A stretch of DNA of 36,759 bases from Spirochaetia bacterium (GCA_963662265.2 CAXXHA010000040.1:1-36759); one strand, 5' to 3'. Positions 9,778 to 19,484 are shown, numbered from the stretch's first letter. Notes: generated from the letters alone by a model not told the origin. Program-made: numbers and translations.

Positions 9778-9920
9778 TTATGGGCCCCTCGTGAAAACTC
9801 GCTTTAGTGAGTTTTTTCCTTAGATGTTTGATCACAAGGCACCTGTCCCCGAAGGGGGGAATCTATCGGAAAAAACTATGTTTTTAGCATCCGACAAATT
9901 ATTATCACACGAGAGGCTAT
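9778..9920. repeat. MITE-like intergenic element, family A copy 1
   Basis: Imperfect terminal inverted repeat GCCCCTCGTG...CACGAGAGGC. The left end TTATGGGC-CCT and the core AAGGCACCT-T-CCCGAAGGG...GGAATCT are shared with 19485-19650. Confidence 0.55.
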
Positions 9921-10023
9921 AGTCTGAATTAAAATAAAATGATGTACAATTAAAAAACATAGTTTTGGAGATTCCCTTATAATATGTATTAAGACTTTAA
10001 ATAATTAAAAAACAGGAGTAATT

Positions 10024-12450
10024 ATGGCAGGTTTGATTTCAGAAGTATCGGAAGTTGAAAAAGCTTTTATTGCAGAAAATCCTTTTCCTGAAAAAAACAA
10101 CAGAATTAAATATCTTGTTACAGAAAACTTCCCCCTGCTGGGTCTTTTAACATCACTGCGTTTTCTTGAATGGTGCTCTTCCAATCCTGAAGGGAATATA
10201 AGTCTGCCGACAGGCAAGACTCCGGAATATTTTATAAAATGGACATCTTTTTTTCTCGAAAACTGGGATACAAAAAAAGCATGTGAAATAAGGTCCCGTT
10301 ATGGGTATCCCTTTAAGAAAAAGCCTGATTTCAGCAGAATCAGATTTTTCCAGATTGATGAATTCTATCCTATCTCATCGAAACAGCACAACAGCTTCTA
10401 TCATTATGTCAATGAATTCTATATTGACGGTTTCGGTTTTGACAGATCAGGTTCGCTTCTTATAAATTCCGATAATATTCCTCTTCCCGGAGGAAAACAC
10501 TTTTCAGAAATATTTCCCGACAGTCTTGTAGACCTTTCCCTGAGGGAAAGGCAGGCTGTCAGCAGGGAAGAGGAGCTCCAGCAGGCAGCTGTTTTTCTGA
10601 TTGACAGGTGGTGCATGGAATATGAGGAGAAGATCCGGAGTTCCGGCGGGATAGGGTTTTTTCTGGGCGGTATTGGTCCTGACGGCCATATTGCATTCAA
10701 TACAAGGGGATCTTCTCATTATTCAGCTACAAGACTCACATATACTAACTTTGAAACCCAGGCAGTATCGGCAGCAGATCTGGGCGGTATTGAAAGCGCA
10801 AGAAACAGGACTGTAATAACTATCGGTCTTGAGACAATTACGTTTAACAGCGACGTTTCTGCCGTTATAATTGCTGCCGGTTCTTCAAAAGCGGGAATTG
10901 TCAGAAAATCAATTGAAAGTGATCCGACAAATCTTTATCCCGCAACTTCTCTTGCAAAACTTCCCGGAGCAAGGTTTTACCTGACAAAAAGTGCTGCATC
11001 AGAACTTGAAGGATCTGTTGATTCTTATTTTGCAGGAAGTGAGTGGGGGATTGATAATACAGAGAGAGCCATATATGCACACTGCAGGAAAAATAATGTA
11101 TTTGCAAACAGAATCCTTTTTGATGATCTTAAAAAAGATGTTTACTGTGCCCGGATACCGGTAATTTCCAATCTCCTGCCAGCTGAAACTTCTGAAAAAG
11201 TTGAAAATAATCCTGATAAGGGTGAAGGCAGTGTTCAGAAAGCTGAACCGGATCAGTCTGTTAAAGAAGTTATTAAAAGTGTCAGGCAGTCTGTAATCAG
11301 CAAGCTTAAGAAGGGGATGGAAAAGGATGACAGCAAAGTCTTTCTTCATACAGGACCTCATCATGATGATATAATGCTCGGTCTTCTTCCCTATGTAAAC
11401 AAACAGCTTTATTCAGCTGAAAACAGGTCTGTATTCGCAGTTCTTACATCCGGCTTTACATCTGTTACAAATATTTATCTCAAGAACCTGCTGGAGAAGA
11501 CTCTTCGCCTTATCTCATCCGGAAGAATTGAAATGATCTATTATGATGACTTTTTCTCCGAAGGATACAAGCATAAAAGGTACAAGGATATATACAGTTA
11601 TCTGAACAGTCTTGCATCCCGATCTGAAGATGGAATGGAAAGGTCTTTATGCCACAGGCTTGTGAGGTCTGTTACAGAGATATACGGAATTGAAAACAGG
11701 TATCAGCTTTCAGATGTAATTGAGCATATTCTTCTCACAATATCAGTTTCCTATGCAGGGGAAAAGGATAATCCTGAAATACAGAAGATCAAGGGGATGA
11801 TCCGGGAGTTTGAAGAGGAACTTGTCTGGGCCCATTCAGGTGTGGAGCTTGAAAATATTCATCACCTCAGGCTCGGGTTTTATAAAGGCGATATTTTCAC
11901 GGAAACACCTGAGATAGGGCGGGATGTAAAACCGTTTATAGAGCTTTTTGAAAAGACAAACCCTGATATTCTGACGCTTGTCATGGACCCAGAGGGAAGC
12001 GGTCCTGATACACATTACAAGGTTCTTCAGGTTATTGCAGAGGCTCTCAGGATTATCGGAAAGAAGAGGGACCTGTCAGCTCTCAAGGTAATAGGATACA
12101 GAAATATCTGGCACCGGTTCAGACCTTCTGAAGCAGACATTATTCTTCCTGTATCGCTTAATTCCCTTTCTGTACTCAGGGATGCTTTTTCCTCATGTTA
12201 TAAAAGCCAGGTGAATGCTTCGTTTCCAAGCTATGAATATGACGGGCCTTTTTCAGAGCTTGCACAGAAAATATGGGCTGAGCAGCTTTCCGATGTCCAG
12301 CTGATACTTGGGAAAGATTTTTTCTACCAGTCGGATGATCCCCTGCTCAGGTCGGCGCACGGGCTGGTTTTTCTCAAGGAAATGACAGCTGATGATTTTC
12401 TGAAACAGGCAAGGGAACTCGAGAAGTCTGCGGAAGGGGATATTCTGTAG
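10024..12450 (+). CDS. nagB: Glucosamine-6-phosphate deaminase domain fused to a PIG-L/LmbE-type deacetylase domain
   Basis: N-terminal half has LPTGKTP, IDEFY and GGIGPDGHIAFN (NagB). C-terminal half has PHHDD and DP-G-GPDTH metal-ligand motifs (LmbE/PIG-L). Confidence 0.8.
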   Translation: MAGLISEVSEVEKAFIAENPFPEKNNRIKYLVTENFPLLGLLTSLRFLEWCSSNPEGNISLPTGKTPEYFIKWTSFFLENWDTKKACEIRSRYGYPFKKKPDFSRIRFFQIDEFYPISSKQHNSFYHYVNEFYIDGFGFDRSGSLLINSDNIPLPGGKHFSEIFPDSLVDLSLRERQAVSREEELQQAAVFLIDRWCMEYEEKIRSSGGIGFFLGGIGPDGHIAFNTRGSSHYSATRLTYTNFETQAVSAADLGGIESARNRTVITIGLETITFNSDVSAVIIAAGSSKAGIVRKSIESDPTNLYPATSLAKLPGARFYLTKSAASELEGSVDSYFAGSEWGIDNTERAIYAHCRKNNVFANRILFDDLKKDVYCARIPVISNLLPAETSEKVENNPDKGEGSVQKAEPDQSVKEVIKSVRQSVISKLKKGMEKDDSKVFLHTGPHHDDIMLGLLPYVNKQLYSAENRSVFAVLTSGFTSVTNIYLKNLLEKTLRLISSGRIEMIYYDDFFSEGYKHKRYKDIYSYLNSLASRSEDGMERSLCHRLVRSVTEIYGIENRYQLSDVIEHILLTISVSYAGEKDNPEIQKIKGMIREFEEELVWAHSGVELENIHHLRLGFYKGDIFTETPEIGRDVKPFIELFEKTNPDILTLVMDPEGSGPDTHYKVLQVIAEALRIIGKKRDLSALKVIGYRNIWHRFRPSEADIILPVSLNSLSVLRDAFSSCYKSQVNASFPSYEYDGPFSELAQKIWAEQLSDVQLILGKDFFYQSDDPLLRSAHGLVFLKEMTADDFLKQARELEKSAEGDIL

Positions 12451-12651
12451 TTCCGCAATATTTTTCAGCTGGTATTATTATCTTTAATATACTCAGGTGT
12501 AAGAACCAGCTTTAAAGTCTTCTGCTGCCCTGGAAAAAGGCAGCCTGATAGTATGGCTGATAACAGGATCGGCCTGGGGATGCAGGTTTATACAGAAATC
12601 CCCTGTAATCTGGTTACTGGAATATTTTATACCACTTCAGTATGAATTAAA

Positions 12652-12680
12652 TTGACATACCTGATTATAAGTAATAAATT
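12652..12680 (+). promoter_or_regulatory. Sigma70 promoter, probably leaderless transcript
   Basis: TTGACA-N17-TAAATT, 6 nt before the ATG at 12687, with no SD. Confidence 0.65.
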
Positions 12681-12686
12681 CAACTA

Positions 12687-13433
12687 ATGAGAATATTTTT
12701 TCTTACCCTGTTTATTTTTGTCTCAAACTTACTTTATTCTCAGACAATTGAACTTGTTGCAGATAAGTGGCCCCCTTTTCAGTATGCTGAACCGGATGGC
12801 AGTTTATCAGGATTCAGCATAGATGTTGTCAGGAATATCTTTGATATGATGGATCTTGAATATTCGGTCAATCTGGTCCCCTATACAAGGCTTCATCATA
12901 AATTACGGGCAGGTCTTTCTGACGGAGGATTTCTTGTTACTAAAACTGATGAGAGGAAGAGCTACCTGTGGTATTCGGAAGAACCTGTTTACAGACTGCG
13001 GCATGTTTTTTTTGTCAGGAAAAATGAAAAAATAAAAATATTAAAAAACAGTTATAACGATCTCATCGGCTACAGGGTAGGTCTTACCAAGGATTATCAG
13101 TATCCTGCTGATTTTCTGAAATTTCTTGAACAGAAAAAGATTAAATATGAGTATGTTGTTAATGATGAGCAGAATTTTAAAAAACTATATTCAGGCAGGC
13201 TTGATGTAGTTGTTGCAGATATTAAAAACGGATTGTCTATAATAAGAGAAAACAGCTACAGCGAAAGGTTGATCCCCCTCGAAGATCATGTTCTTGCAGA
13301 ATATGATCTTTACATGGTCTGGAGCCGGGTTAAAAGTGACAGGAAACTGGCAGATCTGTTTTCTGAAAAGTTAAAGCTTTTCAAGAAAACCGAAGAATAC
13401 AGCAGGATTCTGGAAAAATATTTCGGTTCATGA
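12687..13433 (+). CDS. Periplasmic substrate-binding protein (family 3-like) with no adjacent permease
   Basis: Signal peptide followed by WPPF, G-GFSID, L-SGRLD and a C-terminal Y-RILEKY pattern. Confidence 0.8.
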   Translation: MRIFFLTLFIFVSNLLYSQTIELVADKWPPFQYAEPDGSLSGFSIDVVRNIFDMMDLEYSVNLVPYTRLHHKLRAGLSDGGFLVTKTDERKSYLWYSEEPVYRLRHVFFVRKNEKIKILKNSYNDLIGYRVGLTKDYQYPADFLKFLEQKKIKYEYVVNDEQNFKKLYSGRLDVVVADIKNGLSIIRENSYSERLIPLEDHVLAEYDLYMVWSRVKSDRKLADLFSEKLKLFKKTEEYSRILEKYFGS

Positions 13434-13441
13434 ATAAAGAT

Positions 13442-13927
13442 CTACGAGTGCATTTTTGCACTTGATTTGCCTGTAATATGCTTGATATCAACAGCATACA
13501 GTGCTGTTTTATGTTTAAGTTTTTCTATGTATTTAAGCCCGCTTTCATGAAAGGATGGAGAAAATTTCTCTATAAGAGCTGTAAGCCCTGTAATTTTTTC
13601 ATCCTCATCTTCAACAAGCGATATTTTTCCGAATACTGTCACACTTGTAAAGAGTGTTGAGAACTTTTCCGGAAGTATTTCCCCTTTTTCAACTGCAGAA
13701 ATGCATACCCTGTTATCGAGATTGAATGCGTCAATCTTCTGTCCCTCCATTGCGCAGTGGAAATAAATCCTTCCCTCTTTTAAAACATGGTTGAGCGGGA
13801 TGGAATAGGGATAGCCGTTTTCAAGCCGGGTTGAAAGAACCATGTGGCTGCATTTTTCAAGCACTTCATATGCTTCTCTTTCTGTAAGCTGTTTTTCTTT
13901 TCTTCTCATTTTCCTGAAATTTTCCAT
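13442..13927 (-). CDS. Pyridoxamine 5'-phosphate oxidase-like / NimA-family flavin-binding protein
   Basis: MRRKEKQL, GYPY-IPL, IYFHCA-EG-K, SV-VFG and I-HITGK motifs. Confidence 0.85.
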   Translation of the reverse strand: MENFRKMRRKEKQLTEREAYEVLEKCSHMVLSTRLENGYPYSIPLNHVLKEGRIYFHCAMEGQKIDAFNLDNRVCISAVEKGEILPEKFSTLFTSVTVFGKISLVEDEDEKITGLTALIEKFSPSFHESGLKYIEKLKHKTALYAVDIKHITGKSSAKMHS

Positions 13928-14001
13928 TTAATCCTCCTGCCCATAATATACTTGTGAAATTTTTCAGATAATCTTCCGTTTATTTCCCGATGCTTCATGT
14001 A

Positions 14002-14847
14002 TTAGAATGAATAATTGATGCCGAATATGGAATAGTCTATTTTACAGAAATTGTTTTCTGAAAATTTGTGTCTGAACGAAACCCCCAGGTTCCTTGTAAA
14101 ATAGAAATTCGCCATAGTATCAACTGTATTGAAAAAGTCCTCGCTGTTCATTGCTGCCTTGTATTTTATACTCAGGTCAATAATCCTCATCAGGTTTAAT
14201 CCCAGCTTCAGCCCTGTAATTGCGTAGGAAGTCTCATCCTCATAGCCGGCATCTGCTGTTGTTGGGGGTGGAGGTGGTATTGTATGGGTAATTGTAACAT
14301 CTCCGTCCCCTCTGGAAATTGCCATCTGGTATCCTGCCCAGTGGAAGATCATAAAGGATGATGTCTCTCCTATGTCGAAATTGAAATACCTTCCCCCCCT
14401 GACAAAGGGAATATAGATATTGTTTTTTATATCGACCCTGGTGACTGTTCCTGCCTCTTCTGTGCTGATATCAACATCAGGTTTCAGATATTCGAATCCT
14501 GCTCCAAGAGCCCATTTCCCGTTTTCCGGGTGCTTTATATACCAGTCGCCCATTATATGAAATCCGATGAAGGTTTCATTGAACATGTCTCCCGATCCGT
14601 ATATGAAGGAGTTTATCTGAAACAGATCCGGGTTTATCCACTGGAGGTAAAGGCCTGACATGACAGAGTTGTCATCTTTTTCAATATCACCCCCCTCGTA
14701 ATCACACCTCAGTACACCCACATATGGTGTAATATTTCTTATGTTTTTATTTCCCTCTTTTTCCTCTGCAGAAAGAAGACCGGCAAAGAGAAGTAAAACT
14801 GTTATAATGAATATTTTTAAGTGAAAGGGCCTGGTTAAACGATACAT
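14002..14847 (-). CDS. Hypothetical exported protein, probable outer-membrane beta-barrel
   Basis: Signal peptide, amphipathic Gly/aromatic strands and a C-terminal FGINYSF ending in Phe. Confidence 0.6.
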   Translation of the reverse strand: MYRLTRPFHLKIFIITVLLLFAGLLSAEEKEGNKNIRNITPYVGVLRCDYEGGDIEKDDNSVMSGLYLQWINPDLFQINSFIYGSGDMFNETFIGFHIMGDWYIKHPENGKWALGAGFEYLKPDVDISTEEAGTVTRVDIKNNIYIPFVRGGRYFNFDIGETSSFMIFHWAGYQMAISRGDGDVTITHTIPPPPPTTADAGYEDETSYAITGLKLGLNLMRIIDLSIKYKAAMNSEDFFNTVDTMANFYFTRNLGVSFRHKFSENNFCKIDYSIFGINYSF

Positions 14848-15116
14848 TATTTCCTCCGTTTTCAGGAACAGGACTCGATGCCTGGAAAATCAGCTCTCCC
14901 CTATGATTATACAATAAAGTTGAATAATTTAAAAATACAGATATTTTTTTTTAGTTCATATTACCGATGTTAATATATAATGGTTAATTCAATCCTTTGA
15001 TTATTTATCAACAGCTTTTCCGGTCAGTGGATAAGCTGCTGGCTAAGCGGATGCATATGACTTTTAGTTTTATATTCTGGGAAAGAGTAATTCTTTTCCT
15101 TAAAAGGTGGTTTGAT

Positions 15117-15752
15117 ATGGATAATATTTTTACGAAGATAAGGAAACACCGGATTATTCCGGTAATCAGGATAGAAAACGCAGAAGATGCTGTTCCTCTT
15201 GCCGATGCCCTTGACGAGGGGGGGCTGCCGCTTGCTGAAGTTACTTTCAGAACAGATGCTGCAGAGGATGCTATAAGGGCAGTTTCAGAAAACCGGCCTG
15301 AAATTCTTCTCGGGGCGGGAACTGTTCTTACAGTGGAAAATGTGAAAAAAGCTGTTGGAGCGGGTGCCCGGTTTATTGTTGCTCCCGGGTTTAATCCCAC
15401 TGTTGTTGATTACTGTGTTTCTGAAAATATCCCTGTTGTTCCCGGGATAAATAATCCGTCCCAGGCTGAATGGGCAATGGAGAGGGGGCTTGAAGTTCTA
15501 AAGTTTTTTCCTGCAGAACTTTCAGGAGGTGTTAAAATGCTCAAGGCTCTCGGTTCTGTTTACAACATCAGCTTTATTCCAACAGGGGGAGTCAACATCT
15601 CAAACCTGGCGGAATACCTTGAATATGACAGGGTCCTTGCAGTCGGCGGTACATGGATGGTTAAATCAGATCTTATAAGTTCAGGCAATTTTGAAAAGAT
15701 AATCAAGCTGACAAGAGAGGCTGTAACTGCATCCGGAACTGTAGTAGAATAA
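15117..15752 (+). CDS. eda: KDPG/KHG aldolase
   Basis: EVTFRT, GAGTV, FIVAPG, KFFPA and PTGGV motifs. Start placed at the ATG at 15117 after AAGGTGG. Confidence 0.95.
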   Translation: MDNIFTKIRKHRIIPVIRIENAEDAVPLADALDEGGLPLAEVTFRTDAAEDAIRAVSENRPEILLGAGTVLTVENVKKAVGAGARFIVAPGFNPTVVDYCVSENIPVVPGINNPSQAEWAMERGLEVLKFFPAELSGGVKMLKALGSVYNISFIPTGGVNISNLAEYLEYDRVLAVGGTWMVKSDLISSGNFEKIIKLTREAVTASGTVVE

Positions 15753-15874
15753 TCAGCAGAAGTTAAATTAATAATAAGGGAATCTCTTAGTTTCCCTTGT
15801 GGGCAAACATCCAGAGAAAAAAATCGCTTTTGCGGATTATTAGATGTGCCCATAAGATAAACAGGCATCGGTAT

Positions 15875-16843
15875 ATGGGAAAAACAATATTAGGCATCTG
15901 TCTGCTTGTGGCAGCACAGCTTTTTTATTCATGCGCATCAGTTCAGAAAACAGATGCAGCTGATATCTCTTCCGGAATAACAACAGAATCTGCTTACAGC
16001 AGAATACCGGAAGAAGAGACAAATGAGAATAAATTAAGATCATTGAAAGGTTATAAAGAGGTTTCCGCTATTTCTTCCGGATATCCAGGTATTATTACAG
16101 ATGTAAAGGCCGAGGGTAATGAAATAACATTTCTCGTAAGGGGGAGGAAATTTTATTTTTCAGATGGGAAGCTACTTCCTGAAGAAAAGAAGGATGCTTC
16201 TGAAAATTACAGGGGTTACGGTTTTTATCTTTATCCTGAAAAACTTCCCCCTATTCAGGAGCTGTCTCCCGAACGGATTGAAATGATTGACAATTTTGTC
16301 TCTGCGAGAAAAAGTGTTCCGAGAGACAACAGTTTTCTTGAAGAGCTATATAACGGCCACAGCTTTGATACAATTCTCAAGGAGATCAGGTATATAAATT
16401 TTCTCAAATTCAGATTTGAAGTTCACAAAAGCCTGATCCCAAGGTTCAGGGCAGTTGAGAGGGCACTTAAAGAAGAAGCGGAAAAGAATCCCGATCTCAG
16501 GCTTTTTATTGATTCACTTGCAGAAGCCGGGTCTTTCAACTGGAGGAGGGCCAACGGGAGCGTATCGAGGAGTTATCACAGTTATGGAATTGCTGTCGAT
16601 TTTAATCCTCAGTCATTCGGTAGAAAGCAGGTTTTCTGGGACTGGAGCAGAAAATTCTACAGCGAATGGTATAAGATCCCTTACAGCAGAAGGTGGATGG
16701 TACATGAAAAATTTGTTTCCGCTTTCGAAAGGCAGGGTTTTGTCTGGGGTGGCAAGTGGCTTTTCTTCGATAATATGCATTTTGAATACAGACCCGAGAT
16801 ACTGATAATGTCGGGATTTGATGTTGCGGGACCGGGGGACTGA
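15875..16843 (+). CDS. M15-family (D,D/L,D-peptidase) metallopeptidase lipoprotein
   Basis: Lipobox LFYS-C, zinc motif S-HSYGIAVD, and GFVWGGKW..FD-MHFEY. Start moved to the ATG at 15875. Confidence 0.85.
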   Translation: MGKTILGICLLVAAQLFYSCASVQKTDAADISSGITTESAYSRIPEEETNENKLRSLKGYKEVSAISSGYPGIITDVKAEGNEITFLVRGRKFYFSDGKLLPEEKKDASENYRGYGFYLYPEKLPPIQELSPERIEMIDNFVSARKSVPRDNSFLEELYNGHSFDTILKEIRYINFLKFRFEVHKSLIPRFRAVERALKEEAEKNPDLRLFIDSLAEAGSFNWRRANGSVSRSYHSYGIAVDFNPQSFGRKQVFWDWSRKFYSEWYKIPYSRRWMVHEKFVSAFERQGFVWGGKWLFFDNMHFEYRPEILIMSGFDVAGPGD

Positions 16844-16965
16844 CTGTCTTCAGCAGGATTTCCTCTGATATGTTCATACCCGGATTATAATATTTTATAT
16901 CAGGGATTCCGGATAATTGAAAAATATTAAAGAACTGATTTTATACAGGAACAGGGGGAGGTTTT

Positions 16966-17724
16966 ATGTGCTTCAGTATTTCAGCAGCAAGAACTGCGGA
17001 AGAGATAGCAGAAGCTTTCGGTGTGTTTTCAGGCGACATACCTCCTCTTCCTGAATACTACCATGTATCAGGTTTTACCCATCCTGATATTCCTGTCCTT
17101 TACAATTCAGATGGAAAAAGAAAAATCAGTCTCATGAAGTGGGGACTGGTTCCCTCATGGGTAAAAACAGAAGAAGATGCTGAAAAGATCAGGTCAAAGA
17201 CTCTGAATGTACGATCTGAAACAGCAGACAGGCTTCCCTCATTCAGGGGATCTTTCAGAACCGGGCGATGTATTGTTGTCACAGACGGATTCTATGAGCC
17301 TCACCACCGTGAGGGAAAGAGTTATCCCTATTTTATTAAAAGAAAAGACTCAGGTATTATACTTCTGGGGGGACTTTATGCCCTCTCATCTGTTAACGGT
17401 AATGATCTTGTGAGTTTTTCCATCTTAACTGTCCCAGCATCTCCTTCCATGGCAGAGATACATAATAAAAAGAAAAGAATGCCTCTTGTAATTCCGTTTG
17501 AAAATGAGTTTATTGAAAGGTGGCTTGATTCTGACCTGCCTCAGGATAATATCCGGAATATGTTTGAAGACAGTTCTATAAAAAATTTCCTCTCATCTCA
17601 GGAAAGCAGTTTTGAAGCTTATACAGTAACTAAGGATATTTATAAAAGCGGCTGTGAAGACAGCAGGACAGTTCATGAGAGAGTGGTCTATCCTGAACTT
17701 ACAGAAGGGCTTCTCCCTTTTTAG
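16966..17724 (+). CDS. SOS response-associated peptidase (SRAP/HMCES/YedK family)
   Basis: Cys at position 2, plus WGLVP-W, N-RSET, RC...GFYE and IH...RMP motifs. Confidence 0.92.
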   Translation: MCFSISAARTAEEIAEAFGVFSGDIPPLPEYYHVSGFTHPDIPVLYNSDGKRKISLMKWGLVPSWVKTEEDAEKIRSKTLNVRSETADRLPSFRGSFRTGRCIVVTDGFYEPHHREGKSYPYFIKRKDSGIILLGGLYALSSVNGNDLVSFSILTVPASPSMAEIHNKKKRMPLVIPFENEFIERWLDSDLPQDNIRNMFEDSSIKNFLSSQESSFEAYTVTKDIYKSGCEDSRTVHERVVYPELTEGLLPF

Positions 17725-18422
17725 CCTTCAGAGTTGAAGATATATCCGACACCCCGTATTGTCTTGAAATACTCATGTTTCTTCCCGTCTGAATTAAAAT
17801 ATTTTCTGAACCTGACTATGAAGTTGTCTATAGTCCTTGTCTCTGTCTTGGAGCTGATATGCCATACTTTTTCGAGTATCTCTTTTCTCGAAAGAAGCTT
17901 TCCCTCGTTCTCAATCATGAATTTGAGGAGCATTACCTCCTGGTGGGTAAGAGGATATTCTCTGCTTCCTGATGTGCATTTGAAGTCATTGAAATTTATA
18001 GTGTTGTTTCCGAAACTGTAAAGCGGGATATCTTCTGTTTTTTCCGAATACCAGCTTTTTCTCTCAAGCATTCTCTTTACCCTGAGAAGGAGTTCTTCAA
18101 GATGGAACGGTTTTGTAAGATAATCATCAGCTCCTGTTTCAAGGCCCTGGAGCCTGTCTTTGATCTTGTCTTTTGCCGTAAGCATCAGTATGGGGAGTTG
18201 TTCATTTTTTACCCTTATCTTTTCCGCAACCTGGAATCCGTCAAGATAGGGGAGCATTATATCCAGTATGATAAGGTCAAATTCACCGGCCTCGAATGCA
18301 TCAACAGCTTTCTGTCCGTCATCGACCCATTTTACGTCATAACCTTCCTCTTTGAGGTTGAACTCAAGACCTATTGCAAGAGAACTCTCATCTTCAACCA
18401 GTAATATTCTGTTATTCGCCAT
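17721..18422 (-). CDS. OmpR/PhoB-family response regulator
   Basis: Receiver motifs VEDE, LDIMLP, LTA and GADDYLTKPF; winged-helix motifs TRTIDNFI and TIRGVGY. Confidence 0.95.
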   Translation of the reverse strand: MANNRILLVEDESSLAIGLEFNLKEEGYDVKWVDDGQKAVDAFEAGEFDLIILDIMLPYLDGFQVAEKIRVKNEQLPILMLTAKDKIKDRLQGLETGADDYLTKPFHLEELLLRVKRMLERKSWYSEKTEDIPLYSFGNNTINFNDFKCTSGSREYPLTHQEVMLLKFMIENEGKLLSRKEILEKVWHISSKTETRTIDNFIVRFRKYFNSDGKKHEYFKTIRGVGYIFNSEG

Positions 18423-19446
18423 TTGCTTCTGATTCCTTTCTTTTCTTTATACTTAATTTCAGCAGCTTGTTTATATATCTTTTTTTGGAACTCTTATAAA
18501 CAGGAAGAGACACGGTAAATACTGTTCCTTTTTCCTTTAAGCTGCTCTCAACAGATACATTCCCTCCATGATACCTTGCAATTTCCTTAACCCAGTAAAG
18601 TCCCAGACCTGTCCCTTTGACACTTGGGCTGTTTGGATTATCCAGTCTCTGAAATCTCCTGAATACTCTTTTCTGGTCTCGCGGGTTTATACCAATCCCG
18701 TTGTCTTTAACTGATATTCTGAAGTACCCGTTTTTCTGGGCAAGGATAACATTTATTTTCCTGTCCTTATGGGAATATTTAATAGCATTGTCTATAAGAT
18801 TGCTGAACACAATTGTGAGCCAGTTTTTATCTATTACGCAGTTCCCCTTGAGATCGCCTGTGAGTTCTGCGCAATCTTCAATTCTGTGCTGCCTGAAAAG
18901 TGTTTTTATCACCTCTTTTATTACGCTGTCTGCGCTGTATATATGATAGTCATGGGAAAGCCTGTTTGCAAACCTGTTATGTTGAATCGATGAGATATAC
19001 AGTATGGAGCTGATAAGCTTATCAAGCCTTTCCACATCTGTAAGCATGTTGCCTACAAATTTCTTTTCAGTTTCCCGGTCAACTTCTCTCATTTTCATTG
19101 TTTCAAGAAAAAGCTGTATTGATGAAAGGGGAGATTTCAGCTCGTGAGTCACATTTGCAATAAAGCTGTCATAGAGATTTGTCAGATTCAGCTGCCTGTT
19201 GAGAAATGTGAATATCATTGAAAGAATTATTGTTATGGTAATAAGCAGCATAATTCCGCTGACAAGGACTGTTATGCTCTCATATTTTGACAGTATCTGG
19301 CTCTCGGTGTAGGCTATGTTTTCAAATCCAACATAGTTTGCTATGAACCAGTAAATCCACAGCCCCAGAAGCAGCACCCATGCAAGCTGGGCCATTACAA
19401 AGAGCATTATATGATAGAATAGTGAACCGTTCTTTTTTTTATTCAT
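18412..19446 (-). CDS. Membrane sensor histidine kinase
   Basis: Two TM helices, H-box THELKSPL, N-box NLIDNAIKY and G-boxes DNGIG and GTGLGL. Confidence 0.95.
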   Translation of the reverse strand: MNKKKNGSLFYHIMLFVMAQLAWVLLLGLWIYWFIANYVGFENIAYTESQILSKYESITVLVSGIMLLITITIILSMIFTFLNRQLNLTNLYDSFIANVTHELKSPLSSIQLFLETMKMREVDRETEKKFVGNMLTDVERLDKLISSILYISSIQHNRFANRLSHDYHIYSADSVIKEVIKTLFRQHRIEDCAELTGDLKGNCVIDKNWLTIVFSNLIDNAIKYSHKDRKINVILAQKNGYFRISVKDNGIGINPRDQKRVFRRFQRLDNPNSPSVKGTGLGLYWVKEIARYHGGNVSVESSLKEKGTVFTVSLPVYKSSKKRYINKLLKLSIKKRKESEANGE

Positions 19447-19484
19447 TGCATCCTCTTGCTGCTATTCTACTACAGACCTTTTAA

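Noticed and set aside
12451-12650. Possible riboswitch in the nagB-SBP spacer
   Set aside because: It lies upstream of the apparent SBP promoter, has only short hairpins (GCTGCC/GGCAGC) and shows no recognisable aptamer consensus.
13442-13927. Metronidazole-resistance nim gene call
   Set aside because: Family resemblance only. Chromosomal NimA-like proteins are widespread, and no IS or mobile context is present.
15005-15037. DnaA-box-like 9-mers and a 14-mer TCAACAGCTTTTCC shared with 6784-6797
   Set aside because: Only two imperfect boxes with no oriC context, and a single 14-mer match is plausible by chance in a window this size.
15875-16843. VanY/van cluster or phage endolysin
   Set aside because: It is a lipoprotein among housekeeping genes with no vanA/vanH or phage genes, and the nearby two-component pair is not linked by orientation.
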